From the NCBI GenBank assembly GCA_951406725.2, contig OX597819.1, positions 116,746,001 to 116,810,000 of the forward strand: 64,000 nt of DNA, read 5' to 3'. The DNA is from Octopus vulgaris (Eukaryota). Numbering within the stretch: position 1 is the stretch's first letter; every line of letters begins with the position of its first letter. Position numbers and translations under genes: made by a program. The notes under the pieces are model-generated. The model ran no database searches. It was not told the origin of the DNA and saw nothing but the letters and a program-made list of their open reading frames with translations. This document shows, one piece after another, positions 25,183 to 38,608 of this stretch.

Positions 25183-26296
25183 TATTATATAGATAGATCA
25201 GTGAAGTGCTAACGTAGACAACCTGAGAAGTTGTGTATATATGTATATGTATATATATATATATCACATTTAAAAGGAGAATTGAAGTAGGTTCAACAAT
25301 TTAGAATATTACAACATATACGCAGCCATAAAAGCGTTGTATGCAAATTATCAAAATACATTTAAAGTATCACTCATTAGAATATTTTTTAAAGTATTAA
25401 AAATTTACAGATACATATATAAGAGATAAAATTATCACCGGCATATATTGATGTATAAACATATATTACCATCTTAAAAGGTATATTCTGAAAACATCAT
25501 CTTACAGATTAAGAGCATTGTAAAAAGGATATTAAAAAATGTTATTTATAATATTTAAAAAATAAGTGTAAACTCTGAAGAAAACGTGAATAAAGAAATG
25601 TTTAAGCAACCAGATGGACAGTAAAGTTTTCAATGATTAAATTGTGGTATTCCAATTCCAAGAATTAAGTGGTGGTACTCCGAGTGTGTTGTGTGTGTCG
25701 CTGTGTCCGTGTTTGGGACTGTGTGTCAATTATCTTTCTAACTCTTAAGTCATATATGCTTCTACTCACTCTCATGCCTTCATGATTAGATCTTTCTTTT
25801 ATACTCTCTTTTATACTGTTCTGTATTCCTCACAAACCACTCCGCTCATAACTATCCTACTCCCCCATCGATGATGGAGGTGGTATCTACTAATACACTT
25901 TCATAAGGATAATTCTAGATTCTTCCTCTATGAAAACGGTATAGTTTGTTTTATATAGAAATCTTTATTTACTGTTATATGGACTGTATGCACAACTATT
26001 CTAGAAACAGCTGTAAGCGAATGTGCGCAACGACTTACTACATTACGCATATGATATGTTTTACTCCAAAAATTCCACTCTACCAAATCTAGAATTATGT
26101 TGGAATTATAAATTCCATTCTTTAAAGAGACGGGTACCACATATTTCTTCTGTTGTTTATTCCCAGTATACATCTACCCACTCTACGATGAATACGCAGA
26201 CAGACTCTGCTGACAACTCAGTCCTTTTGACGCCCGGTATCCGGAACTTTTGATTGGCTACACTTGTACAAGTAAGTTGTTTCAAAGTATCATGCA

Positions 26297-26335
<39 letters not shown>

Positions 26336-26541
26336 GTTTAAATATTTATTGGCTAAACTGGCAATATGACCATTCCGAAATATAACAATATATATATATA
26401 TATATACCGGGTCATTTATAGCCGTTCATTGCAAGCAGACTACAACAACAATTTTGTTTGAGTGGTATATGCCTATTATCTTACGTTTTTAGACGCAGTT
26501 TTATATATGTATCTTCTCTCTCCCTTCCTCTGTGTGTGTGT

Positions 26542-26585
<44 letters not shown>

Positions 26586-26669
26586 ACATATTAAATTAGA
26601 GATATATATTTATACTGTAAAATTGGATTTAATCCTAAATCTAATTTTCCCTGTAAGTTTTATTACTCC

Positions 26670-26707
<38 letters not shown>

Positions 26708-26954
26708 CATATTTTTGTTGATAATTTACAATATCATTGACTACCATACGTAGAATAATAATAAAAGCAAAATTATTAATCCATAATGAAGAATACTACA
26801 TGTAACAATAGCATGCTAAAAATATCAGTCAAAACGACTCAAAACCAAATTTTTCACTTGTACACAAGGGCGAAACCGATTTTTCCCTTGCGTTTTGACT
26901 GCTATTTTTAGTATGCTAGTTTTATAAGCACTACCCTTCATTATTAATACACAG

Positions 26955-27044
<90 letters not shown>

Positions 27045-28494
27045 GCATATATATATACATACACATACATATATACAAACATACATACACATACATACAC
27101 ATATGTATTTATGTATTCATGTACGTATGTATATGTATATCACATCCCGAAATATAATTTCCGTTTGCCAAATATGCACAAAATTTTTAACAAAATTTTA
27201 TACAATGGAATACAACTCTCCAAGATGTGCGATTGAATCGAGTCCAGTATATCCATGATTCCACCAAATTTAAATCAACATCGACCTTACATATAACATG
27301 ATTATTGATCAGGTTTCTAATCTATACAGCCTCCGCGGATACCAGAACTTGCGAAAATTACCATCGCAATTATGAAACAGGGAATTGACATAATCGTCCA
27401 ATGCTGTTATCAAACACAATCATTATTTTCTTTTATTGTAGTTTGTGTATTAAATGTCTTCCCGTGATGACAAACTAATGTGTTATTAAATTGATGCGAT
27501 ATATTTATTGATCGGTCAGCATATTACTGAACCACATAATTGGCTCAGGATTTCTAATAATTTCTCAAAAATATTTTTATCAACTTTTGAGGTTTGGCAT
27601 TTGTTATCCACCCACTTAAGCTTTTCTGTTGTCTATAAAGATAAGAAGAAATACATCAATGTATATAACATCAATCTAATTTGCTGAGATGCCATAAATC
27701 AAATTCTACGATGCTAAAAGTATAGATATTATTGTATTTAAACAAAAATGACAAACATTAATATAGATTAATATCTCGAATGTATTTCCTGTCCTGTCTT
27801 TCGGATAATAATAGAAAACAAGTGTAGCAATTCTTATGTATTGATTCCCTCTTTCATTTTCAAAAGAGATTAATTAATGTTATATATATAATCTAGAATG
27901 TATTGACTGTGTGAAAATCGATTCAGACTTTTCCGTTGATAATTCTGTCATCAACAATACATGCGACGTAATTCTGGAAACTATATTTCATACTAATGCA
28001 TACCTAAGTGGTGTATTTCAATTCATGATCACTTTGAAATGGAGCAACATACACTACATAACAATTATTATCAACTGAATACAAGTTGTATAATTTAATC
28101 CTTTTTCTGTATCGGTATTGCTGTGTAAACCTTCCAATTTGTATCATTGCTATACTGTCAAATACCTCAAATCAAATAAGTTACATTGAATAGATATAAG
28201 TACGTTATCTTTGGAATTTTCAAGTTTACATTCATTATTTGCATACCATTGTTAAATTTGTGTAAGTGTGATAAGGGAAATATTTCAATAATCTTCAATG
28301 AAAGAGTTCTCTGTTTGTTGGTTTTCCATTACAGAAAAGCAGGTGCGCAATTTAAATATAGCTATAAGATTTAAAATATATATGTACACACACAAAGACG
28401 AATATATGCACGTACACTCACGCACACACACACACATATTTGTACATAGATTCATAGGTGGATAGCTAAATATATATATCTCACTCTCTCTCTA

Positions 28495-28576
<82 letters not shown>

Positions 28577-28677
28577 GGTGGACAGATAGATAACTAAATT
28601 TCTGTATAGAAAATGTTAATATTCTAATACACTGACAATTTCGATACACGAGGCTAATTGCAAAGTTATTGACTCAC

Positions 28678-28785
28678 ACGTAACAGGTGCGGTCATTATC
28701 CAGATACCTACATCGTTCAGTTATTCTGTTGTTTGTTAAAAGCTGAGTTATATAATCCATTATGGCGAACAATGATGACACTAAA
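28678..28785 (-). other. Candidate 108-nt coding exon (LVSSLFAIMDYITQLLTNNRITERCRYLDNDRTCY)
   Basis: Acceptor TTCTTTTACATCTCTGCATAG, donor GTGAGT, length divisible by 3, one open frame; no homology confirmed. Confidence 0.3.
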
Positions 28786-29089
28786 CTATGCAGAGATGTA
28801 AAAGAATGTCATTATGTGTGTGATTATTCATGTCTTTCAATAAATATATATATACAGTCGTCTTTTTCTACTGTACCATTTGTTTTAATGATAATTGATA
28901 TTTGAACGGTTAATTTACCTCCAGATCCAGTGGCATGAAAATTCACAGGATTCGTAAAGGATTCCGTACTTAATTATTCTTGATATAGTTTCTATCGGAT
29001 AAGAAAACGTCACAAATACACAATAATAAGTTGGACAATATTTCATATAGTTTAAGTACAATGCACCAACTTGATACACATACACACAC

Positions 29090-29163
<74 letters not shown>

Positions 29164-31508
29164 TAAAAGGTTTGGAAATGATGTACAGGTATTATATATT
29201 AGAAGAAATAAGGTACTCAGAAATCTGGGTGGTTTTATATTTACAGTTATTTATTAATATATCACATGTTTTTATAAATCATATATAGCGCTTGCATCCA
29301 CTCTAGTGGATTCATCAGAACGATTATACCGTCAAATGAATTTTGCGAAGAGTAAATAATGCAATAAAAAGAAGAAGACAATGAACATTTTTTTAACACA
29401 TCTTAAATTATAAGTTACTATTGTTTCCGTATCATCTCAATTTGCAACGTCAATTTATGCGAAAATTCTAAATGAAAAATCACGCAACATTTACGCTTTT
29501 AAACATTAGAGAGACACTACATCAGACTTGCATCAAAGGTGTGCTATTATATCGTCCTTCAGACCTTGTTTTTAGATAAATAACAAAGCGCTCAATTTTA
29601 GCAAATCATTTTAGATCTTAAACACCTCTAGATCTTATTTAATGCGCTTATGGTAGCAAAACCCCCTTGCAGGGCTCTATCTACAAAGTATAGTCATATA
29701 GAAATATGTACTACTATAAAACAATGCATATAGCATAAATGAATTAATTCTGTTCGCTTAATTTAACAAACATTTGACCGGTAAAATATTTAGAAAACTC
29801 TATTTCTTTTAGTAAATAGTTTACATACATTAATTGAGATGCAAACAGTACGTCAAGATTTTGTATACCTTACGTGAAAATTTAACAATGGTCTAAGCAT
29901 CTTCCATCATAAGCTCAACATAGTGTTAAAAAATCAAAGTTGACTATATAACCATAACTAACTTTATTTCGGAAATAACGCAACGTGGTTCTGCAAATAA
30001 GTATATATTCCCAGAATCTTTTATTCTATTTTACACAGGCGTTAATACAAATTGGGTGAAAATCTAAACTTTACCACATACCACATACAGACAGAAATAA
30101 GAATACTAGACAGAGAGAAAGTCTCCCTAAAGTGAAAAAGTCAATCCCTTTGAGATAAAATATTCTTTAGAAAGAGACATCACTAATTGGTACGAATGCT
30201 GTATAAATTTTGATATAAGCGTCTTATTCAAAGTTCGCTGAATCTAGTACAAAATCATTTCTCCTAATATAACAATATTATAACTAGTTTTCTGTAGTTG
30301 TACCTTTTGAAATGTGTGTTCCATACAACATTAAATTGCATCACTAAAATCTTAGCACATAAATCCGTAGCAAAACACCATATTCCCAACGTAGGTTGTA
30401 TACTTTATCAATATGTCAGCAGCAACAACATGACCATTCTTACGTGAACCCGAATAAAGACTGGCAACGTTGTTATATTGACTTGCGCGATAAATAAGAC
30501 AGCAGGTAGTTAAATAGATTATATTGAATAAAACCACGATATGTGTAGGCTTGGAAAATTGGATTTACGCACAGGAGAGACACTAGGCCTGGTTTTTGTA
30601 GAAGGTCGCTCGTCTGCACATACACGGTAAGAATTTACTTCTTGTCACACGCAATACATTTAAAGCACAACTACTTTATGAACCTACATTACTCACATAT
30701 TGATTAACAGCTTTTGTATGGACATTTTGATTGCTCTATATAATTCCTCCTAAAATATATCGATAATATGATTATATTGTATTTACTTTAGCTTATATCT
30801 ATGTATGCATAGAGTATATATTCATTTATATATAACTGCTACGTGTTAAACCCATATCTGTTCTGCATTAGAATTTCACTGCAACGTAGGCAGGTGACAT
30901 ATACTATACCAGCCCAAAACCAAACATATAAAGTAATTTTGGAAAACATATTTGTACTTTTATTTCATGACTCAGAAAGTAATATGAAGGTTTTACTATC
31001 ATTGGTATTTCTATAATTAAAATTCACTGTACAATCATTTTGAAGTAGAAGATTAATGGTTTTATTTTTTGGTATATTTCTGAAGCAGAAACAATTATTC
31101 ATTTTTGAAAACGTATGCGACGAATGAAAGTTCGAATACATTACAATTTAGTATTGTTTCTTGCAGTTATAACCTGATTTCCCATGTTAAGTTTGTATCA
31201 TTTTCTTTTACAATGGAAACGATGATGCAGACTTTTAAATTGAACTCATGTGTTTTCTATGTCTTTTCTTTTTACGCAGACTAGAATTCTCTTATATTTT
31301 CTATCACATTTGGGTAGCTCATGAAGAAATATATGTATGTATATATATATATACTTTCAGCAAAAAACAATTAAGATTCAAGTGAATTCCAATGAATTCA
31401 AATGAATATGGTACTTAACTTAGATGCACCAGAATTGTTTATGGTATTAACCATAAAAAATGTGGGGTGATTATAACCAAGAAAAAAGCATGAAGAATGG
31501 ATTAGTAG

Positions 31509-31597
31509 TTTAGTACAATTGTTTCATACCAAGAACAATTTTATTTAAAGCTGCAAGTATTGCAGCAAATACAAATGTCCAGTATTCATCAGCTAAA
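31509..31597 (-). ncRNA. Type-I hammerhead ribozyme fold (left-arm copy)
   Basis: Reverse complement of 31916-32004. Confidence 0.7.
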
Positions 31598-31915
31598 TCA
31601 CATATATGTGTTCTCAGACATCCTAGAGAGTGTGTCTATCCTCATGAAGTATTAGGAGTGAGTTCTATGAAGTTTAAAGTCAAATTATAAGAAGTCTCAA
31701 ATTGCTTTCTAATGATGCACAGTTTTATAATATCTGCAATTTTATGGATGGATTCACCTTCTCTGAGAAGTTAACAATCTTTTTAAAAACTTTTTATAAA
31801 ACTGTGCATCATTAGAAAGCAATTTGAGTCTGCTTATAATTTGACTTTAAACTCACTCCTAATACTTCATGAGGATAGACACACTCTCTAGGATGTCTGG
31901 AAAACATATATGTCA

Positions 31916-32004
31916 TTTAGCTGATGAATACTGGACATTTGTATTTGCTGCAATACTTGCAGCTTTAAATAAAATTGTTCTTGGTATGAAACAATTGTAC
32001 TAAA
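31916..32004 (+). ncRNA. Type-I hammerhead ribozyme fold
   Basis: TTTAG-CTGATGA-ATACT..GGTAT-GAAAC-AATT-GTA-CTAAA: stem I TTTAG/CTAAA, intact core, extended stem II capped by GCTGCAA-TAC-TTGCAGC, minimal palindromic stem III, GUA cleavage triplet. Confidence 0.72.
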
Positions 32005-32051
32005 CTACTAATCCATTCTTGTTGCTTTTTTCTTGTTTATATATATATATT

Positions 32052-32130
<79 letters not shown>

Positions 32131-32133
<3 letters not shown>

Positions 32134-32423
32134 GTGCAATGGCTAGGTGGTTAGGGAAGCGGACTCGCTGTCACAGGATCGCGGTTTCAATTCCCAGATC
32201 GGGTGTTGTGAGTGTTTATAGACCGAAAACACCTAAAGCTCCACGAGGCTCCGGCAAGGGTTGGTGTCGATCCCTGCTGTACTCTTTCGCTGCAAATTTT
32301 CTCTCACTCTTTCTTCTGTTGGCCTGCTTGCTTGGCCAGCGGGGTGGCGTCATTTGAAGGCTAAAACAATGCGAAGCGCACTGTGACCAGTGATGTGTAA
32401 CACCATCTGATAGCCTGGTCGGT

Positions 32424-32430
<7 letters not shown>
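32131..32430 (+). mobile_element. SINE with family C head and a different 3' module, inside (TA)n
   Basis: First 190 bp or so align to 14020; then GAAGGCTAAAACAATGCGAAGCGCA..GGTCGGTCACGTGA instead of the family C tail. Confidence 0.75.
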
Positions 32431-32462
<32 letters not shown>

Positions 32463-32817
32463 CCATCTCTGAGTACAAATATAAGCAGTTCACAGCCATG
32501 TATAAACAAGAATTATTCGGGAAAAATTCAATGAGATGCTGGAGGAATGAATGCAATATATACATGAAGGTAACTTATTATTAAACTGGTAACGTTTAGC
32601 AAATTAGAACTAACATATCCTTTGCTGAAGAGTTATTCAAAATACCACTTTAACCACCAACAATTCATAAATCTCAGAATTGGTGAGCGGCTTCAATCTC
32701 ACATTTCTCATTGACAAAGTCAACTACATTTTTCCCCTAATCACATACATATAGGCAAGCCTCCATCCATCCATGTTTGCATACAAATATACATGCATAT
32801 ACACACATACATACATA

Positions 32818-32868
<51 letters not shown>

Positions 32869-33020
32869 AGTAATTGAATGAATTATCTTATTAAGGATAA
32901 TTCGAAAGATAACCGATACCTGGGTAGCAAATTCACATCAGAAAGAACAAGGTTGAAGCTACGTCCCTAGGGCATAGACTACGTGTCTTCGTGCTGAAAT
33001 TTGCATGTTTATTTTAAAAT

Positions 33021-33264
33021 TATAAGTATATGAAAGAATGGAGTTGAACGACTAGTTAACAAATATCCTTTATTCTCGACATATGTTTCGAAGGCTGCAT
33101 ATTCCTAATTCCGAAGGAATAAGGAGTACATTATGCAGATTTCTCATCAGGAAAATCAAGGAACTTATGTCGACATTCGGAATTAAGAATATGCAGCCTT
33201 CCAAACATATGTCGAGAATAAAGGATATTTGTTAACTAGTCGTTCAACTCCATTCTTTCATATA

Positions 33265-33270
<6 letters not shown>
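33021..33270. mobile_element. Foldback element: 95-bp inverted arms, 60-bp spacer, abutting (TA)n
   Basis: 33021-33115 is the reverse complement of 33176-33270 with two mismatches. Confidence 0.88.
33072..33156 (-). ncRNA. Type-I hammerhead ribozyme fold, canonical GUC site
   Basis: Minus strand ATTTTC-CTGATGA-GAAATCTGCATA..TATGCAGCCTTC-GAAAC-ATAT-GTC-GAGAAT: 6-bp stem I, intact core, long stem II, palindromic stem III. Confidence 0.78.
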
Positions 33271-33313
<43 letters not shown>

Positions 33314-33764
33314 ATGTTGTATGTATGTATGTATGTATGTATGTATGTATGTATGTATTATGTATGTGTGTATATGCATGTATCTTTGTATGAAGACAAG
33401 TGGTGTACAAAACAAACAGATGTATTAGTATAACGCTCAGGAACAAAGTCTTTTACGTTTCCAGCCTACGCTCTTCTACAGAAAGGGGCACAGAAAAAAC
33501 AAGGAGAGAAACGAGAGAAAAAAAGAAAAGAAAAAATATATACATACATATATGCATACATGCATACATACACGGATGTATATATATATATATATATATA
33601 CACGTTTTTTTTCTGTTTACACCGTTCTGTCTACAGAGTATATAACATCAGGTCAAAATGCGGTGAATGGCCTTCTTACTGATTCAAAAATATCAGCAAC
33701 ACATTCGAGCTTGTAATAATTAATAATTAGATAAGCACTTCTAGTGCAAACTTTAATATTTTAC

Positions 33765-33943
33765 CACAGGCGGACAGCCGGCTGGCGCCATCAGTCGCGT
33801 TGTAATGGTGGGATTCAGTTCCGTGTTATGTTTGTTTATAAAATTCAATGCCAATGGGAAGATAACAAATTCTAAATTTATCCGTCCATCGAATCCGGAT
33901 AAAGACTGTTTGGAAGTGATCTGGTGTGTTTGCACTGTTTTGT
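33765..33943 (-). other. Candidate 179-nt coding exon (KTVQTHQITSKQSLSGFDGRINLEFVIFPLALNFINKHNTELNPTITTRLMAPAGCPPV)
   Basis: Long polypyrimidine tract ending GCTGTAG, one open frame, raised GC, weak donor GTG/GTAAAA; no homology confirmed. Confidence 0.3.
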
Positions 33944-34249
33944 CTACAGCAAAAAAAAAAGAAAAAAAAGAAAGAAAAAAAAAACCAAATAGAATGTAGA
34001 AATGGTCTTCGAATACATTTGAACTGAAAACAAGTTATATTTATATAAATCACTGATTGTAGCGCTCTTATGTAAATACATGCATGCACGCACGCGCGTG
34101 CACGCATACGAACGCACACCCACACACACACAGTACAAGAAATAGAAATCAGAAGGGAATAAGGAAATCAGTCATGAAGTTCATGACAATGCCTTAATTC
34201 TTTGTCGTTTTAATTTATGTTAGTCCTCCGTACGCTACTGCTGCTAAGT

Positions 34250-34478
34250 TCTGTTTCTTTACTACCCACAAGGGGCTAAACACAGAGAGGACAAACAAGG
34301 ACAGAAAAACGGATTAAGTCGATTACATCGACCCCAGAGCGTAACTGGTACTTAATTAATCGACCCCGAAAGGATGAAAGGTAATGTCGACCTCGGCGGA
34401 ATTTGAACTCAGAACGTAATGCCAGACGAAATACGGCTGCGCATTTCGCCCGGCGTGCTAACGTTTCTGCCAGCTCGC
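34250..34478 (-). mobile_element. SINE family A with TSD
   Basis: Flanked by CTGCTAAGTTCTG / CTGCTATGTTCTG. Confidence 0.85.
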
Positions 34479-34789
34479 TGCTATGTTCTGAAGCATAGCT
34501 ATATTGATGACACCAGGGTATTAACATCGCTATGACTCAGCGAAATGTCAACAACAACAACAATAATAACAATCATAATAATTGTAATAATACTCATGTA
34601 CTGAGAAGAGTATTATCGCAGTGAAAACAACATCCATTCATTAATTTACTTATTCATTAATATTTTAAATGCATAGTTTACCTGTGAATTTGCGTGTGTA
34701 ATCTGGGAATGGATACAATGAGCTTCTCTGCCCTAGATGTACGGAAAACACTCGGCGAAAAACGGAATTATATTTGAAGGAAGAAGGAA

Positions 34790-34968
<179 letters not shown>

Positions 34969-35299
34969 ACTGCCCTGATGCAGTAACAGGCAGTGGCTCT
35001 CGTGGCTTCTTAACTGATTGGAAGTGTTATCATGTATATTGTTTTTCCTTGGTATAAAAGATGGGCTGCAGCAAATATTCTGCTCAATACCAGAGATTTG
35101 TTTGTCAGTTGTTTGACCTTAACCAGTTGAATATGTCCCTTTGTGGCTGATGATATGTGCATCTCTGATCATGAGCAGGAGTAGTGGGGGAGCATCATAG
35201 CCGTGTGTTGAGAGTGATTCTTTGGAGTTGGAACAATTCACCTCTGGAAACATGGGTGTTTCGTTCAACATCCTTAAACAATCTTTGTTCAGGGACCTG

Positions 35300-37030
35300 A
35301 AAGGTTTCAGGAAGAAGGTTAAGGGAACGCATGATCTATTATACATAGGTAAAGTAGTTCTAAATGAAAAGCTAGAAAGAGAAATCTAACAATTGCATGG
35401 ATAGATTATAGGAAAGCCTACGATCCCACACTCATGGATAATTGAATGTTTGAGTATATTCAGTATAACAGTGGACATAAGAGAAATAGTTAGATTTAGC
35501 ATGAAGAAATGGAAAGTAGATCTCTACTCAGGTGACACATACTTGGGGAAAGTTACTGTCAAAAGAGGAATTCTCCAGAGACGCTCGTTGTTACCTTTAA
35601 TATTTTTCATATATTTGATCCCCTTCAGTTTAGTATTAAGGAAGGCAAAGGCAGAATATCACTTTAGAAATAGTAAGGGAAACATTAACTATTTGCTCTA
35701 CGTAGATGATCTATGTAGCATTTTAGTAAGAGTGAAAAAGAGATAGATTCCTTAATACAGACTGTAAGATTCTTGAGACAAGGTATAGACATGGAAGTTA
35801 GCATAGATAAGAGTGCAAAATTAGTAATGAGAATGTGACAAGAAATCAACAACGAAGGTATCCGATTACCAGATGGTAAGATATTAAGCTCATTGAAAGT
35901 AGGAGAGAGGTATGAATGTATAGGGGTATTACAATCTGACGGAGTACTAACTACAATCTGACGGAGTACTAACTACAGAAATGAAATAGAAAATCAGGAG
36001 CGTCAGGTCGTTAATGAAATCAAATCTAAATGGCCCGAATATAGTGAAGGCTGCAAATATGTGGACAATATCATCATAACTAAGATACATAGCAGCCTTT
36101 GTAGATTGGACAAAAACTGAATTAGAGAAGAAATAGGAAGGAATGCAATATGAATGGATGCCTCCACACAAGGCCAGGGGTAGCAAGATTATATTTACCT
36201 AGAAAGGAAGGCTAAGAGGGTTAATATCAGTAGAATACAACGTGGCGTTAGCTACACTAGGTATAGAATCCTGTGTAAATAATAGTGAAGAAAGTTTATT
36301 TTTAAGCTGCTAGGGTCACAGCAAGAAATAGGGAAACCAAAAAGCCAAGTTAAAAACTAGAGACAAAGAACACAGGAATTGGCTGACTGGTAGGAGAAGG
36401 CGTTGCATGGCAGATTTCCAACGATAATTATAGCAAATAGTAAAAGTGAGACATGATTATAATTGCAGAAAGGGAAGCTGAAAAGGAGACATAATGTTTG
36501 TTAGTTGCAGTACAAGATGAAGCGTTAAGGACTAATTATATGAAAGCCAAGATAGACGAAAACCAAGTGGATTCCCAATGTTAGCTTTACAAATGATATC
36601 ATAAGTGAATGTAGCATGCTGGTGCAGAAAGGATACAATAAAATACATGACAACTTAGGCAGAGTAATCCACCGAAAGTTATGTAGAACACTATTATTTG
36701 AACATACTGATAAAGGTATCAATATGAACCTAGTAAATACTAGAAAGTAAGATATTTAACATGTTGTGGGAGTTTAACATTCAGACTGACAGAGTAATTA
36801 ATACAAGCTAGGAGGCCTGATATTGTAGTAGTAGATAAAGAGATTAGAAAGTGCCAGCTAATTGACTTTACACTTCCAATGATGAAAGAACCAATATGAC
36901 TTCGCAAAGTACCAGAACCTGAATTACAGCGACTGTGGAAAGTGCGAGTAAAATGTATCCCAGTAGTTACAGGTACATTGGAAACTATTCCTAAATATTT
37001 GTACAGTTGGAGAGAGGAAATAGGCACAAA
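35300..37030 (+). pseudogene. Decayed R4/Dong-clade non-LTR retrotransposon (RT plus REL endonuclease)
   Basis: IDYRKAYD..HSWIIECL, VKRGILQ..SLLPLIF, YLLYVDDL, and C-terminal ARRPDIVVVDKEIRKCQLIDF (PD..D endonuclease); many stops and frameshifts. Confidence 0.82.
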
Positions 37031-37189
37031 ACTCAGTCTTTGAACAAAACAAACATTTCAACTCCAATCCCAAAATATTGTACCAAGAACTTGGCAAAAA
37101 TAAAATATAGATCAATGCAGCAGCAACAGCAGAAGAAGAGGAAGAATGTTAGAAAGTAATATTGCAAAGGAACTACTTCAGAAAGGATC

Positions 37190-37820
37190 TGTCAAAATAA
37201 CAAACACAGCACCGGAACAAATCTGAATTCTTATAACAAAATAGTTCACACAGGCACTGCAAAATCTGGAAGGTGCCCGGGGACAAGATCCCCAATTTCT
37301 GGGTAAAATATCTAAAAGGAATACATAATACGCTGGCAGAGAAATTTAATGAGGTACTTGAAGAGCCAATGACAATTCTTATCACTCACTGAAGGGAAAA
37401 ACTACCCTAAGTTTACAATGTACAAGGCCTTTGCTGCAATAGTGCATTATAAAATGCAAACGTCTACATGAAAACAACCTGTTTCCGGAAGAACATGACG
37501 GATGCTGCAATGGCTTATTCGAAGAAAGAAGGATCAAAGAATGGCTTGTATCGATTATTGGAATGCTTTTGACAGTATTCTCCACACTTGGATCACAGAA
37601 AACATTAGCCATGGACAAGGTAGCACGAATAATCATAAAATATGTATGACATTCTATGAATAAATGGCAAACAGTGCTACAGCTCCTGACAAAAGAGGGG
37701 CTCATAAAAACCAAACCATTTCCTATTAGAAGAGGAATATTCAAGGGAGACAAGTATATGGATGATCTAAAACTGTATCCTCCTAATGATCAACATCTGG
37801 AAACATCACTACAGGCAGTA
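37190..37820 (+). pseudogene. Second R4/Dong-like RT fragment with internal deletions
   Basis: WKVPGDKIPNFWVKYL, IDYWNAFDSILHTWI, IRRGIFKGD, YMDDLKLY. Confidence 0.78.
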
Positions 37821-38147
37821 GATGGTTCTGAACCTATAAACACTTCACGGGGGAAGAGAAAGAGAGAGAGAGAGAGGGGAAGGAGAGGGAGAGGGAGAGA
37901 GAGAAAAGTAAAATATCCTACCTATTTGAAGACTATTGATATATTTGCAAAATATATTATTAAATATTTTTCTTCAATTTATTTGTTTTTCTAATTAATG
38001 TCCACCTTTGTTTTACACTTAGTTGAAAAAGTGGATAAGTTGAAACCGGTACCAACCGTTACAAAATGTATTTCATGATAATATTATTTTATCATTTTCT
38101 ACCTTGTAATATTTTCCTTATACATGTCAACTCATGTTATTTTTCAA

Positions 38148-38205
<58 letters not shown>

Positions 38206-38228
38206 GTATTTATATATATATATATGTG

Positions 38229-38311
<83 letters not shown>

Positions 38312-38314
<3 letters not shown>

Positions 38315-38608
38315 AAGGTGGACGTACTGCAATAGCTTGGGTTTCAAGGGCCCAAGGCTGTTTAACTGCCTGCCGAAGCATCTGAGGAGCCTCCATGAAG
38401 TGGATGTAAACGTTTTCAAACGTGAACTTGACCTCTGGCTCGCCGAGATCCCGGATGAGCAAATATCTAAGCAAGAAACTAAAAAGTCTCATGGAACTCC
38501 AGAAGCCGCTCTGACAAAGGTCGAAAGTGGAAAGATAATTACAATGGCGGTGCTCCAGCATGGCCACAGTCGTTGGACTGAAACACATAAGAGAATAAGA
38601 GAATAAGA

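Larger units (their letters stand above)
31472..32041. mobile_element. Foldback element: about 255-bp inverted arms, 63-bp spacer, abutting (TA)n; probable Penelope pLTR derivative
   Basis: 31472-31730 is the reverse complement of 31794-32041 apart from a few substitutions and an 11-bp indel; each arm carries a hammerhead fold. Confidence 0.85.

Noticed and set aside
26167-26270. Plus-strand coding exon (TTCCCAG..GTAAGT)
   Set aside because: Stops in all three frames; a non-coding exon cannot be excluded but is unsupported
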